Shown: positions 19,414 through 32,298, counted from the first letter of the stretch. The stretch is 64,000 nucleotides of DNA from an uncultured Anaeroplasmataceae bacterium (GCA_964441815.1 CAYTVE010000003.1:323-64322); one strand, 5' to 3'. A program made the numbers and translations. The notes: a model not told the origin generated them from the sequence alone.

Positions 19414-20076
19414 ATGAATAAAATAAATGAATGGAATTTAATGACATCTGGTAAATTATATAATTCAGAAAGTCCTGATATTACAAAAATACATAATAAA
19501 GGTTTATATCTATGTGAAAAATTTAACAAGATTTCAGTTAGAAAGGCAAAATATAAACAAAAAGTATTAGAAAAATTAATACCTTCTGCAAAAGGTAATA
19601 ATTTAGGTATATTTTCACCTTTTTATTGTGAATATGGTATAAACATAAATGTTGGTAAGAATTGCTTTGTTAATTATAATTCTGTATTCTTAGATGTTTC
19701 ACCTATAACACTAGGTGATAATGTATTAATAGGTGCTAATGTTGTTTTAGCAACACCTAATCATCCATTAGTCAAAGAAGAGAGAATATTTAATGAATAT
19801 CCTGATGGATATCATGACTTGGAATTTTCAAGCCCCATTACAATAGAAGATAATTGTTGGATTTGTTCTAGCGTAACAATTTGTGGTGGTGTTACAATAG
19901 GTGAAAATAGTGTTGTAGCTGCAGGTTCAGTTGTAACAAAAAATATTCCGCCAAATAGTTTAGTTGCAGGTGTCCCTGCTAAAGTAGTAAGAAAAATTGA
20001 TGACGATGACTATATAGATGTATGGAATACATACATCAATAATGACATACCATTATCAAAAAGAAAAAAGAGGTAA
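19414..20076 (+). CDS. maa: sugar (maltose/galactoside-type) O-acetyltransferase, left-handed beta-helix
   Basis: N-terminal Maa/LacA-type region 'MTSGKLYNSESPDITKIHNKGLYLCEKFN'. Hexapeptide repeats such as 'IGANVVLAT', 'ICGGVTIGENSVVAAGSVV', then 'PPNSLVAGVPAKVVRKI'. Confidence 0.85.
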   Translation: MNKINEWNLMTSGKLYNSESPDITKIHNKGLYLCEKFNKISVRKAKYKQKVLEKLIPSAKGNNLGIFSPFYCEYGININVGKNCFVNYNSVFLDVSPITLGDNVLIGANVVLATPNHPLVKEERIFNEYPDGYHDLEFSSPITIEDNCWICSSVTICGGVTIGENSVVAAGSVVTKNIPPNSLVAGVPAKVVRKIDDDDYIDVWNTYINNDIPLSKRKKR

Positions 20077-20080
20077 AAAA

Positions 20081-20287
20081 ATGAAAAAAGTAAAAATCAA
20101 TACAGAATATATTACACTACAACAATTATTAAAAATGGAAAATATAATATCATCTGGTGGAGAAGCTAAATATTATCTAGCTGAAAATAAAGTGTTAGTT
20201 AATAATGAATTAGAAAATAGACGAGGAAGAAAATTATATCCTAATGATATAATAATTATTGAAAAGAAAGAATTTGTTATTGAATGA
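20081..20287 (+). CDS. yaaA: S4-domain RNA-binding protein YaaA
   Basis: 68 aa: 'ITLQQLLKMENIISSGGEAKYYLAENKVLVNNELENRRGRKLYPNDII'. Located immediately upstream of recF, as in Bacillus. The start is trimmed to ATG 20081, after AGG. Confidence 0.85.
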   Translation: MKKVKINTEYITLQQLLKMENIISSGGEAKYYLAENKVLVNNELENRRGRKLYPNDIIIIEKKEFVIE

Positions 20288-21309
20288 TTAATAGTATAAA
20301 ACTAAAGAATTTTAGAAAATTTGATAATTTGAATTTAGAATTTAAGAATAAAATTATTATATTTGCAGGTCAAAATGCCGTTGGTAAAACAACAATATTA
20401 GAGGCTATTTATTTAATATCAACATCCAAAAGTCATAGAACTAATGATATAAAAACTATAATAAAAGATAACGAAGTTGATTCACAAGTTGTTATAAAAA
20501 GTGATAAAATATATAAAATTGAAATAACAAAAGAAGGTAAAAAAAGTTATATTAATGATATACCTTATCAAAAGTTAAGTGAATTTATAGGTAGAATACC
20601 AGTTATAATGTTTTCACCGTATGATATAGATTTAATATTAGGAACTAAAATGTATCGAAGAAGATTTTTAGATTTAGAAATATCTTTATTAGATAAAAAT
20701 TATTTAAGAAATATATCTATTTATAAAAAACTTTTAAAGGAAAGAAATGAATTATTGAAAATATATTCCAGTGATAAGAAAATAATGCTAGATGTTATAA
20801 CTAAACAATTAGAAGAATTAATAAATAAAATATATAATCAAAGAAAATCATTTTTAAATTTATTAAATGATAAATTAAAATATGTATGTAATAAATTAGA
20901 ATGTGAAAATCTTACCTTAGAATATATACCCACATATGATATAAATAATTTAGATGAATCATTTAATTTAAAATTAAAATATGACATTTTAACTAAGACT
21001 ACAAATATAGGTATTCATAGAGATGATTTTCAAATTTGTATTAATTCTAAAGAAGCAAAAGAATTTGCTTCTGAAGGACAAATGCGTAATGCTATTTTAG
21101 CATTAAAATTAGCATTAAAAGAAATATATTCCGAAAAGAATAAAGATATTATATTATTATTAGATGATGTTTTTTCAAGTATAGACCAAAAAAGGATTAA
21201 TCATATTATGGAATATATAAAATCAGAAAATCAAACGTTTATCACAACAACATCATTGTTTAATATACCAGATTATTTATTAAAAGAAGCACAAATTATA
21301 AGACTTTAA
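20284..21309 (+). CDS. recF: DNA replication and repair protein RecF
   Basis: 'LKNFRKF...FAGQNAVGKTTILEAIYLISTSKSHRT' (Walker A), signature-like 'ASEGQMRNAILALKLAL', Walker B 'ILLLDDVFSSID'. It overlaps the yaaA stop (ATGA). Confidence 0.9.
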   Translation: MINSIKLKNFRKFDNLNLEFKNKIIIFAGQNAVGKTTILEAIYLISTSKSHRTNDIKTIIKDNEVDSQVVIKSDKIYKIEITKEGKKSYINDIPYQKLSEFIGRIPVIMFSPYDIDLILGTKMYRRRFLDLEISLLDKNYLRNISIYKKLLKERNELLKIYSSDKKIMLDVITKQLEELINKIYNQRKSFLNLLNDKLKYVCNKLECENLTLEYIPTYDINNLDESFNLKLKYDILTKTTNIGIHRDDFQICINSKEAKEFASEGQMRNAILALKLALKEIYSEKNKDIILLLDDVFSSIDQKRINHIMEYIKSENQTFITTTSLFNIPDYLLKEAQIIRL

Positions 21310-21453
21310 AAATTAATCTATGTATAAAAATATTAAAAATATAAAGGATAGAATAGTAAAAATATCTATTTTATCTTTTTTTATTATTGAATTTATAAAA
21401 AATAAAAATAATTTATAAAAAAATATATTAAATTGCGAAAATTTGCTCAAAAT

Positions 21454-21475
21454 GCCTTTTTTTAAAGGCTTTTAA
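21454..21475 (+). terminator. possible terminator after recF
   Basis: GCCTTT-TTTT-AAAGGC followed by TTTTAAATTTT. The stem is short. Confidence 0.4.
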
Positions 21476-21531
21476 ATTTTTATGTATGGGTATATTATGT
21501 ATTCTTTAAAATTGATTTTATGTCAATTATC

Positions 21532-21560
21532 TTGAAAAAAAATGTCCTATATGATATAAT
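21532..21560 (+). promoter_or_regulatory. sigma-A-type promoter of gyrBA (extended -10)
   Basis: TTGAAA (21532-21537), a 17-nt spacer ending in TGA, then TATAAT (21555-21560). It lies about 50 nt upstream of the gyrB RBS. Confidence 0.6.
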
Positions 21561-21579
21561 CATATAGAGATATTTATAA

Positions 21580-23520
<1,941 letters not shown>

Positions 23521-23536
23521 GATTGGAGGAGTAAAA

Positions 23537-26077
23537 ATGGAAAAAGATAAAGAAAATTTTGTTGAATTAGAAAAACAAGAATTTGATAGAATAGAACAAT
23601 TAGATATTAATAATAAAGTTAAAACTTCATTCTTAAATTATGCTATGTCAGTTATTATTGCGAGAGCTTTACCAGATGCGAGAGATGGATTAAAACCAGT
23701 TCAACGTCGTATTTTATATGGAATGAATGAATTAAAGATTTTTTCTAATGTAGCTCATAAGAAGTCAGCACGTATTGTTGGTGATGTTATGGGTAAATAT
23801 CACCCACATGGTGACTCATCAATATATGAAGCAATGGTTCGTATGGCTCAACCATTTAGTTATAGATATACATTAGTAGATGGACATGGTAATTTCGGTA
23901 ATATAGATGGTGATGGTGCAGCAGCTATGCGTTATACTGAAGCACGTATGAGTAAGATAGCAATGGAAATGTTAAGGGATATAGATAAAAATACTGTTGA
24001 TTTTACTGATAATTATGATGCTACAGAGGTTGAACCTGCAGTTTTACCTTCACGTTTCCCTAACTTATTGGTAAATGGTACAACAGGTATTGCAGTTGGT
24101 ATGGCTACAAATATTCCTCCACATAATTTAGGTGAAGTAATTGATGGTGTTGTCGAAGTTATTCATAATCCGGAAATTACAAGTGAAGAATTAATGCAAT
24201 TTATTCAAGGACCTGATTTCCCTACTGGTGGTCAAATATTAGGTAGAACTGGTTTAAGAAATGCATATACTACAGGAAACGGATCTATCGTTATTAGATC
24301 TAAAGCAGAAATAGTTCAATTAAAAAATGGTAAAAGCGAAATTGTAGTAACTGAAATTCCATATATGGTTAATAAAACTAAATTAATTGAACGAATTGCT
24401 GAAGTGGCTAAAAATAAAATTGTTGATGGTATAACTGATTTAAGAGATGAATCAGGACGTGATGGTATAAGAATCGTTGTAGAATTACGTAAAGATGTTA
24501 ATGCTGAAGTAATGCTTAATAATTTATATAAATACACACAACTTCAAACTAGTTATGGTATGAATATGATATGTCTCGTTGATAATCAACCAAAAGCTAT
24601 TACACTAAAAGAAGCCTTAGAAGTATATTTAAAACATCAATTAGAAATAATTACTAGAAGAACACAATTTGAATTAGATAAAGCTATGGCTCGAATTCAT
24701 GTATTAAATGGTTATATTATAGCTCAAGATAATATTGAAGAAGTAATTCAAATTATACGAAATACAAATGATGGTTCTGAAAAAGAAAAATTAATGGCAA
24801 GATTTAACTTAGATGAAATTCAAGCTCAAGCTATCCTAGATATGCAACTTAGAAGATTATCTGGTTTAAATAGAGAAAAAATATTAAATGAGCGTGATGA
24901 TTTAAATAAAGCTTGTGAAGAATATCGTTTGATTTTATCTAACGAGGATAAAAAGAAGAATATTATAGAAACAGAATTATTAGAAATTAAAACAAAATAT
25001 GGTGATGAACGTAAATCAGAAATTTGCTTAAGTCAAGATATTAGTATTGAAAATGAAGATTTAATTCCTAGAGAAGATGTAGTAATAACTATTACAACAA
25101 ATGGTTATGCTAAACGTATGAAACAAGAAGCATACAAAGCTCAAAGTCGTGGTGGCGTAGGAATGAGTGGAATTAAAACAAATGAAAATGATGATGTAGA
25201 ATTCATTATTCCAACAATGACTCATGACCATATGTTATTCTTTACTGATAAAGGTAGAGTATATTCAATGAAAGGATATATGATACCTGAATCATCAAGA
25301 ACATCTAAAGGATTACCACTTGTAAATGTGTTGACATTCCAAGAAGATGAAAAATTAGCTGCAGTAACAACTGTTCCAACTTTAGATGATGAAAATTTAT
25401 ATCTATTCTTTGTAACTAAAAAAGGAGTTGTTAAAAGAACAGTATTATCACAATTTAAAAATATTAGAACAAATGGTATTATTGCAATTAATTTAGCTGA
25501 AGATGATGAACTATTACAGGTTGAATTAACAGATGGAAATAAAGAAATAGTTCTTGGAACATCTTCAGGTAAAGCCATTCATTTCAACGAAACAGATGTA
25601 AGACCTATTGGTAGAAGTGCTGCCGGTGTTAAAGGTATTACATTAGTGGATGATGATTATTTGGTTGGTATGGCTGTTATAACTGAAACTAATAACGAAA
25701 TATTAGTTGTAACAGAAAAAGGATTTGGTAAACGAACAACTGCTGATGAATATAGAATTCAAAGTCGTGGTGGTATGGGAGTTAAAGCTTTAAATGTAAC
25801 TTCTAAAAATGGTAAATTAGTAGCACTTAGAAGTGTTAATGCTAATAAAGACCTTATTATAACTACTGATAAGGGTGTTATTATTCGTATGCATATAGAT
25901 AAAATTGCTCTTGCTGGAAGAAATACTCAAGGAGTAATTTTAATCAAATTAAAAGATGATCAATCTATTGCAAATACAGCAATTGTTGACAAACAAGTTG
26001 ATGAAGATATGAACGTAACAACAGAAGAAAATGCTACAACTCAAGCAGAAGAAGTTATAGAAACAGTAACTGAATAA
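23537..26077 (+). CDS. gyrA: DNA gyrase subunit A
   Basis: '[20 protein letters not shown]', QRDR '[17 protein letters not shown]', active-site Tyr in '[10 protein letters not shown]', and C-terminal beta-pinwheel repeats. Confidence 0.97.
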   Translation: MEKDKENFVELEKQEFDRIEQLDINNKVKTSFLNYAMSVIIARALPDARDGLKPVQRRILYGMNELKIFSNVAHKKSARIVGDVMGKYHPHGDSSIYEAMVRMAQPFSYRYTLVDGHGNFGNIDGDGAAAMRYTEARMSKIAMEMLRDIDKNTVDFTDNYDATEVEPAVLPSRFPNLLVNGTTGIAVGMATNIPPHNLGEVIDGVVEVIHNPEITSEELMQFIQGPDFPTGGQILGRTGLRNAYTTGNGSIVIRSKAEIVQLKNGKSEIVVTEIPYMVNKTKLIERIAEVAKNKIVDGITDLRDESGRDGIRIVVELRKDVNAEVMLNNLYKYTQLQTSYGMNMICLVDNQPKAITLKEALEVYLKHQLEIITRRTQFELDKAMARIHVLNGYIIAQDNIEEVIQIIRNTNDGSEKEKLMARFNLDEIQAQAILDMQLRRLSGLNREKILNERDDLNKACEEYRLILSNEDKKKNIIETELLEIKTKYGDERKSEICLSQDISIENEDLIPREDVVITITTNGYAKRMKQEAYKAQSRGGVGMSGIKTNENDDVEFIIPTMTHDHMLFFTDKGRVYSMKGYMIPESSRTSKGLPLVNVLTFQEDEKLAAVTTVPTLDDENLYLFFVTKKGVVKRTVLSQFKNIRTNGIIAINLAEDDELLQVELTDGNKEIVLGTSSGKAIHFNETDVRPIGRSAAGVKGITLVDDDYLVGMAVITETNNEILVVTEKGFGKRTTADEYRIQSRGGMGVKALNVTSKNGKLVALRSVNANKDLIITTDKGVIIRMHIDKIALAGRNTQGVILIKLKDDQSIANTAIVDKQVDEDMNVTTEENATTQAEEVIETVTE

Positions 26078-26084
26078 AAAAAGT

Positions 26085-26137
26085 GTTATAAACTTAAAAA
26101 TAATTGTTTTCAATATTTAGGTTTATAACTTTTTTTA
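26085..26137 (+). terminator. terminator after gyrA
   Basis: GTTATAAAC (26085-26093) and GTTTATAAC (26121-26129) form a 9-bp stem with a long loop, followed by TTTTTTT. Confidence 0.5.
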
Positions 26138-26296
26138 TTACTATAAATATGAATTTATCTAGTAAATTTTATAAAAGATAAATTTCTAAATAATATACTT
26201 ATAAGCTACAATTTTTTAATATTCATTAATTCCTTGTGATTTGCTTTCTATTGCTTTTAATTAGATAAAAACTTATAATAAAGATAAAGGGATGTG

Positions 26297-28615
26297 ATGG
26301 AAGTGGAATTTAAAATAGCAATTAAAGAATTAGCTCATTTTATATGTCAATCTGGCAATTTAACCAGTGATTTTATTTCCTCACGAGAGTTAGAAGAAGG
26401 AACTAAACTTCACATTTTTTTACAATCTAAATATAATGAAAAAAGTAAAAGTGAAGTTTTTATAAAAAAGAATATTACTTATCATAATAAAAATTTAATT
26501 ATTCAAGGCTTTATTGATGGTGTCTTGAATATTGATGATGAAATTATTATTGAAGAAATAAAGTCAACGAGAGTAGATTTAGATGAACTAGAAGTTAAAA
26601 ACGAACATATAGCACAGTTAAAAATATATGCATATTTATATGGTTTAGAAAAAGAAATTAGTAATATTCATTATAGATTAACATATATATCTGTAGTTGA
26701 TTATAAAATTAAAGAATTTGATTATGTTTCTTCAATTGATGAGTTAGAATCATTTTTCTTTAATATATTAGAAAAATATATGCAATGGATTGAAATAAAT
26801 GAAGAATCTATTACTAATAAAATAGAAACAATTAAGACTATTAAATTTCCTTTTGACAATATGCGTTTAGGACAAAGAGATATGATGAAAGCATGTTATC
26901 AAACAATGAAGACAAAAGATATTTTATATGTAATAGCTCCTACTGGTATTGGTAAAACTATGGCTACCCTTTTTTCAACGTTAAAAACTTTAGATGCTAA
27001 AGATAAATTATTTTATTGTACAGCTAAAGGTAGTGGTAAAAATTCTGTTTTAAACGCTGTAAAAATATTAGAAAAAAGAGGATTAAAAATTAAAACTATA
27101 AATATTATAGCAAAAAAGAAAATATGTAATGCTAAATTAAAAAATTGTAACATGGATGAATGCCCTTTTGCTGTTGGGTATTATGACAGGATAAGAGAAG
27201 CTATAGAATATATTTATAAAAATTGGGATACTTTTGATGAGGATATTATTTCTAGTGTTGCTAATAAATTTAAAGTATGTGCTTTTGAGTTTAGTTTAGA
27301 ATTATCTTACTATTGTGATATAGTAATTGCAGATTATAATTATGTTTTTGATCCTAGAGTTAAACTGATAAGATATTTTGAAAATGATTCTTATAATCCT
27401 AAAGTTTTGGTTGATGAGGCTCATAATTTAATTTCAAGAGGAAAGGAAATGTATTCATCTTCAATAAGTGAAGAAGATGTAAGAATATTAAGAAGAGTTT
27501 TAACAGGATACAAGCCATCTGTTCGTTCTACTTGTAATAAATTAATAGATATTATATGCAGTTATAAAGAACATTTAGTGGAAGAATCAATTTATGTAAA
27601 AATGTCTATTGATAGTAATTTAGTAACAACTATTAAGGAATTAATATCTAAATGCGATTCTTTATTTCTTGAAAACAAAAAAATTAATAATAAGGATGAA
27701 GCATTAGATGTTTACTTTAAATTACTAGACTTTTCTAATATATCAACATATTATTCCATGAATCACAGGTTTATTGCTAAAATAGATAATGATATATGTA
27801 ATATAACTATGATGTGTTTAGATGCTTCTGATTTTATTTTGAATACAATAAAAGAATCAATAAAAGGAATCGTTTTCTTTTCAGCAACGTTAAAACCATT
27901 TAAATATCATGCTGATTTATTAACTAAAGGTGAAGGTAAATTTTTAGAATTAAATTCACCATTTAATCCAAGTAACCTTGATATAATTATAAATAATAGA
28001 GTATCAACAAAATATAAAGAAAGAATATATTCTATTGATTATATTTTAGAAGCTATTGAAACAATAACAATTAGAAAAGGAAATTACATTGTTTTTTTTC
28101 CATCATATCAGTATTTAAATTTAGTTGTTGATAAATTAGGAGATGTAAATTATGACATTATTATTCAAAAATCAACAGATACAGAACAAGAAAGGAATTT
28201 GATTATAGAACAATTTAAAAATACAGATACAACTAAAGTAGGTTTTTTTGTTTTAGGTGGTGTATATTCTGAAGGCATTGATCTAATTGGTGATTATCTT
28301 AATGGTGTTATAGTTGTTGGTGTAGGTTTACCTATGTATTGTAATGAAAATAATATTCTTAAAGATTATTTTGAACAAAAATATCACAACGGTTTTGAAT
28401 ATGCATATACATATCCTGGTTTTACTAAAGTAGTTCAAGCGGTAGGAAGAGTAATTAGAAGCGAAAATGACAAAGGTGTAGTAATTCTTTTAGATGAAAG
28501 ATTTACTAACCAAAATTATTTGCAATTAATGCCAAATCATTGGCAAAATAAAAAAGTAATTACTGATAGTTATAATTTAAAAAAAGAAATAGAATGTTTT
28601 TATAAGGAGGATTAA
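26297..28615 (+). CDS. PD-(D/E)XK nuclease domain fused to an XPD/DinG-like (Rad3-type, Fe-S) SF2 DNA helicase
   Basis: N-terminal ~170 aa carry 'GTKLH', 'IDGV', 'IIEEIKS' (D...ExK) and 'QLKIYAY' (QxxxY). The helicase part has Walker A 'APTGIGKT', a Cys cluster 'CNAKLKNCNMDECPF...VCAFE', the DEAH box 'VLVDEAHNL', and C-terminal motifs 'VGRVIRSENDKGVVILLDERF'. Confidence 0.75.
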   Translation: MEVEFKIAIKELAHFICQSGNLTSDFISSRELEEGTKLHIFLQSKYNEKSKSEVFIKKNITYHNKNLIIQGFIDGVLNIDDEIIIEEIKSTRVDLDELEVKNEHIAQLKIYAYLYGLEKEISNIHYRLTYISVVDYKIKEFDYVSSIDELESFFFNILEKYMQWIEINEESITNKIETIKTIKFPFDNMRLGQRDMMKACYQTMKTKDILYVIAPTGIGKTMATLFSTLKTLDAKDKLFYCTAKGSGKNSVLNAVKILEKRGLKIKTINIIAKKKICNAKLKNCNMDECPFAVGYYDRIREAIEYIYKNWDTFDEDIISSVANKFKVCAFEFSLELSYYCDIVIADYNYVFDPRVKLIRYFENDSYNPKVLVDEAHNLISRGKEMYSSSISEEDVRILRRVLTGYKPSVRSTCNKLIDIICSYKEHLVEESIYVKMSIDSNLVTTIKELISKCDSLFLENKKINNKDEALDVYFKLLDFSNISTYYSMNHRFIAKIDNDICNITMMCLDASDFILNTIKESIKGIVFFSATLKPFKYHADLLTKGEGKFLELNSPFNPSNLDIIINNRVSTKYKERIYSIDYILEAIETITIRKGNYIVFFPSYQYLNLVVDKLGDVNYDIIIQKSTDTEQERNLIIEQFKNTDTTKVGFFVLGGVYSEGIDLIGDYLNGVIVVGVGLPMYCNENNILKDYFEQKYHNGFEYAYTYPGFTKVVQAVGRVIRSENDKGVVILLDERFTNQNYLQLMPNHWQNKKVITDSYNLKKEIECFYKED

Positions 28616-28619
28616 TCTT

Positions 28620-29729
28620 GTGAAAAATTTATTAAATTTTATTAAAAAATATGGTAATAAAAGTTTTGATGAATTTTCATTTAATGAAGTTGATGGATTA
28701 ATTCTTTCTCAAATTTCTTATATGAATATTGATAATTTTGTTCCAAAATATAATGAGAATAAGTGTGATGTTTCTCTAATAAATGTGCTTAAGAAATTAC
28801 AAATTGAAGAAGCTTGTAATAATACATTAGATAAAAAAAGAAATCAAAAACTTATAAAGGTTTTAAAGAATTCTAGTCGCTATGATGGTTTAAAAATTAA
28901 TTATTTTGTCAATAAATTAGATGATGTTGAAGTAAAACAATTTTGTGCAATGACATTTATATTTAAAGGATTTATGTTTATTGCATATAGAGGTACTGAT
29001 GTTACATTATTAGGTTGGAAAGAAGATTTAATGATGGCATATTTGGATGTTATACCGTCACAAATAGAAGCTTTAGAATATATTAAAAGAATTTCAGCTA
29101 TAAGAGGAATACCATTTTATTTAGGTGGACATTCTAAGGGTGGTAATTTAGCTGTTTATGCAGCTTATTATGCGCCTAAAGAAATTCAAGAAAGAATTAT
29201 TCATATTTACAATTATGATGGTCCTGGTTTTATAGATGATTTGTATAATACTATAGAAATGGAAGATATAAAAAATAAATTAACATCATATAGTTGTAAA
29301 GAAGCTATAGTAGGAACTTTATTGTTTCAAGCACCTAGTTTAAATTTTGTAAAAACAAAAGGAATAAGTATATTTCAACATGATCCTTACAACTGGGAAA
29401 TTGATAAAAATGGAAAATTTAGGTTAATAAGAAGACCTACTTCTTTTTCAAAAGCATTTACTAAAACAACTAATGAATTCATTAATATAACATCATTAGA
29501 AGAAAGAAAAGAATTTGTTGAAATTTTTTTCAAATTAAGTATGGAAAATAATTATTACACTGTATTAGATTTGGCGAAACGCCCAATAGGTTTTATTTAT
29601 AAGATGATAAAAAAATATAAATGTTTAACAGAAGAAGAACATTTGTTTTTTAAAAAAATGCTTAAAATGTATAAAAAATTATTTACGAAAAACTTTAAAA
29701 TATTTTCAAGAAAAAAGAAAGAAAAATAA
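28620..29729 (+). CDS. alpha/beta-hydrolase, DUF2974 (Mbeg1-like) lipase-like protein
   Basis: 'AYRGTDVTLLGWKEDL' and the nucleophile elbow 'GGHSKGGNLA'. GTG start 9 nt after AAGGAGG, and 4 nt after the helicase stop. Confidence 0.65.
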   Translation: MKNLLNFIKKYGNKSFDEFSFNEVDGLILSQISYMNIDNFVPKYNENKCDVSLINVLKKLQIEEACNNTLDKKRNQKLIKVLKNSSRYDGLKINYFVNKLDDVEVKQFCAMTFIFKGFMFIAYRGTDVTLLGWKEDLMMAYLDVIPSQIEALEYIKRISAIRGIPFYLGGHSKGGNLAVYAAYYAPKEIQERIIHIYNYDGPGFIDDLYNTIEMEDIKNKLTSYSCKEAIVGTLLFQAPSLNFVKTKGISIFQHDPYNWEIDKNGKFRLIRRPTSFSKAFTKTTNEFINITSLEERKEFVEIFFKLSMENNYYTVLDLAKRPIGFIYKMIKKYKCLTEEEHLFFKKMLKMYKKLFTKNFKIFSRKKKEK

Positions 29730-29768
29730 ATACTTTTCTTATATTTTAGGTTATGGTAAAATAGATAT

Positions 29769-30530
29769 ATGAAAAAAATAATAAGAATGATAGGTATTGG
29801 AATAGAAACAGCACTTTTATTTATTTTTATTGGAGGAATAACTTCTGGTATATCTAAGTACGTTTATTCTGATATTTTAATTGAAAACTTTAAAAAAAGA
29901 GGTGTGTTTGATGAATCTGCCTCTTCATATCTTCAAAGAGTTTATGTTATAGAATCAAATGAAACAAGACCATCTGTATTCAAAGAAGGTATTGATTATT
30001 ATCCGGGAGATACTGCTGATATTTTAATTACTTTAAAATCAGAAATAAATATCCCATTTGTTCATGACCTTGTTTCTTTTTTTGCGGGTGGACACGCAGC
30101 TATTGTATTAGGTGATTATGCTGATACTATAGACACAGTCTCAAATAAAAATACTGTTGAGTCATCTGGGTTAAATGAAGATTTTAATACTGCAGATACA
30201 TATACTAAAGAATATTGGATAAACTATCCCTATCCAGTAATCAGTTTGCGAGTTAATTTAACAGAAGAACAAAGAAACATAATAGTTGCAAAAACAATGG
30301 CTATGGTTTTAGAACCATATAATTTTTCATTCTTATTTGATACAAAAAATAAATCATACTGTAGTGATTTAGTAAGTAAAGTATATTCATCTATCGGAAT
30401 AAATTTGAATAAAGATGGATTTACTACATCTATATATGATTTATTAATAAGTGATCAAACATATATTAGTTATTATCGTTATTTTGATAATAATGGTATA
30501 GAATATATATATTATTTAGATTCTAAGTAA
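29769..30530 (+). CDS. membrane-anchored YiiX-like permuted papain/NlpC-P60 family protein
   Basis: An N-terminal TM anchor. His before Cys ('GGHAAIVLGD' ... 'KSYCSDLVSKVY'), as in permuted NlpC/P60 (YiiX/DUF830-like) enzymes. Confidence 0.5.
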   Translation: MKKIIRMIGIGIETALLFIFIGGITSGISKYVYSDILIENFKKRGVFDESASSYLQRVYVIESNETRPSVFKEGIDYYPGDTADILITLKSEINIPFVHDLVSFFAGGHAAIVLGDYADTIDTVSNKNTVESSGLNEDFNTADTYTKEYWINYPYPVISLRVNLTEEQRNIIVAKTMAMVLEPYNFSFLFDTKNKSYCSDLVSKVYSSIGINLNKDGFTTSIYDLLISDQTYISYYRYFDNNGIEYIYYLDSK

Positions 30531-30543
30531 AGGAGTAATCATT

Positions 30544-32295
30544 ATGGCTTATATTGCTTTATATCGTGCATACAGACCTCAAAAATTTAGTGAAGTTGTT
30601 GGACAACAACACATTATTAAGACGTTACAAAATGCAATACAATTAAATAAAGTAGCTCATGCATATCTTTTTTGTGGTCCTCGAGGCACTGGAAAAACAT
30701 CATTAGCTAAAATAATGGCTAAAGCTTTAAATTGTCAAAATGGACCAACAATAGATCCCTGCGATGAATGCGAAATATGTAAAGGAATACAAAAAGGTAC
30801 TATATCAGATGTTGTAGAAATTGATGCTGCATCAAATAATGGTGCTGATGATATTAGAGCATTAAGAGATAGTGTAAAATATATGCCATCGGTGGGAAAA
30901 TATAAGGTATATATTATTGACGAAGTTCATATGCTTTCTAATGCTGCTTTTAATGCTTTATTAAAAACATTAGAAGAACCTCCTAAACATGTTATTTTTA
31001 TTTTAGCTACAACAGAACCATATAAATTACCTAGTACAATTTTATCACGTTGTCAAAGATTTGATTTTGAATCATTATCAAGAGAAGATATTTATAAAAG
31101 ATTAAATATAGTTGCTAAAGAAGAAAATATAAAAATAACAGAAGAAGCATTAAATCAAATAGCTTGTTCAGCTGAAGGAGGAATGCGTGATGCATTATCG
31201 CTTTTAGATCAAACTATTTCTTTTAGTGTTAATGAAGAAATATCATTAAATGATGTACTTGCAGTTAGTGGTAATGTTGGGTATAAAGAACTTCTTATGA
31301 TATTAAATAATTGTTTAGATTCTAACGGAACAGACGCTTTGAAAAGAATTGATTTGGTATTAAAAGAGGGTAAAGAAGTACCTAGAATAATAAATGATTT
31401 AATTATTTTCTTAAGAGATGTTTTGTTATTTAAAAACAACGCAATCTTAGATGATAAATTAGAATTTCACAATGAAGAATTTATTGCTTTTGCAAAAAGA
31501 GTTTCAAAAACTATAATATATTCTTGGTTAGATTATTTAAATGAAACTAATAATACAATGCGTTTTTCAAATCAAAAGAGAGCTTATTTAGAATTAGCCA
31601 TATTAAAAATGAGTGATTTAAAATTAAATGAAGAAGCTAATTTGTTAGAACGAATTGAACAATTAGAACAAACAATAGATATGTTATCTCAAACAAAACA
31701 AGTTATTCCAAATAAGCCTCAAATTCAAGTAAATATACCTTCGGTAGAAGAAATAAAAAGAATTCAAGAACAACCTCAAATAATAAAATCTCAAGAAAAT
31801 GAGATCATTAATGATGATGAAGTTCAAATTAGTGAGATTGAAGAAATATTAAATACTGCTTCAAAATCAAGAAAAATAAGATTACAGGCAATTTGGAAAC
31901 AAATGGGTACTGATTATTCTGATATATTTATAGCTCAAATTTTAGCTGCAGGTGAAATTGTTGCGGTTAATGAAAATAAAATAATTGTAGTATTAAATGA
32001 TTTAGGGTTTAGTAATAGATTGATGCGTTATGAAAGTTATCAAAAAATAATTGAAATATTAGATAATTATAATGCAAATATTACTGATTATATATGTTTA
32101 CCAAAAGACATATGGGCTAGAATTAAAAAAGATTATTTATCTAAATATAGTGCAGATAACCCGGTAGTTCATTTAGATGATATAAAAATTGGTGTAATAA
32201 AAAGAAAAGAACCATCAATGAATAATCAAGATGAAAAATTAGTAAAATTACAAGAACTTATTGATAAAGAAAAAATAGAAATAATGGAGGAATAA
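30544..32295 (+). CDS. dnaX: DNA polymerase III subunit gamma/tau
   Basis: 'YRPQKFSEVVGQQH', Walker A 'GPRGTGKTS', Zn module 'CQNGPTIDPCDECEICK', 'IIDEVHMLS', 'SRCQRFDF'. Confidence 0.95.
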   Translation: MAYIALYRAYRPQKFSEVVGQQHIIKTLQNAIQLNKVAHAYLFCGPRGTGKTSLAKIMAKALNCQNGPTIDPCDECEICKGIQKGTISDVVEIDAASNNGADDIRALRDSVKYMPSVGKYKVYIIDEVHMLSNAAFNALLKTLEEPPKHVIFILATTEPYKLPSTILSRCQRFDFESLSREDIYKRLNIVAKEENIKITEEALNQIACSAEGGMRDALSLLDQTISFSVNEEISLNDVLAVSGNVGYKELLMILNNCLDSNGTDALKRIDLVLKEGKEVPRIINDLIIFLRDVLLFKNNAILDDKLEFHNEEFIAFAKRVSKTIIYSWLDYLNETNNTMRFSNQKRAYLELAILKMSDLKLNEEANLLERIEQLEQTIDMLSQTKQVIPNKPQIQVNIPSVEEIKRIQEQPQIIKSQENEIINDDEVQISEIEEILNTASKSRKIRLQAIWKQMGTDYSDIFIAQILAAGEIVAVNENKIIVVLNDLGFSNRLMRYESYQKIIEILDNYNANITDYICLPKDIWARIKKDYLSKYSADNPVVHLDDIKIGVIKRKEPSMNNQDEKLVKLQELIDKEKIEIMEE

Positions 32296-32298
32296 AAA

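Noticed and set aside
21310-21450. 33-codon ORF (MYKNIKNIKDRIVKISILSFFIIEFIKNKNNL) as a possible remB/yaaB substitute.
   Set aside because: Low-complexity AT-driven sequence with no RBS and no resemblance to DUF721 proteins.
30544-32295. Programmed frameshift site in dnaX producing a shorter gamma subunit.
   Set aside because: I did not identify an A-AAA-AAG-type slippery heptamer with a downstream hairpin at a plausible position by eye. The point was not pursued.
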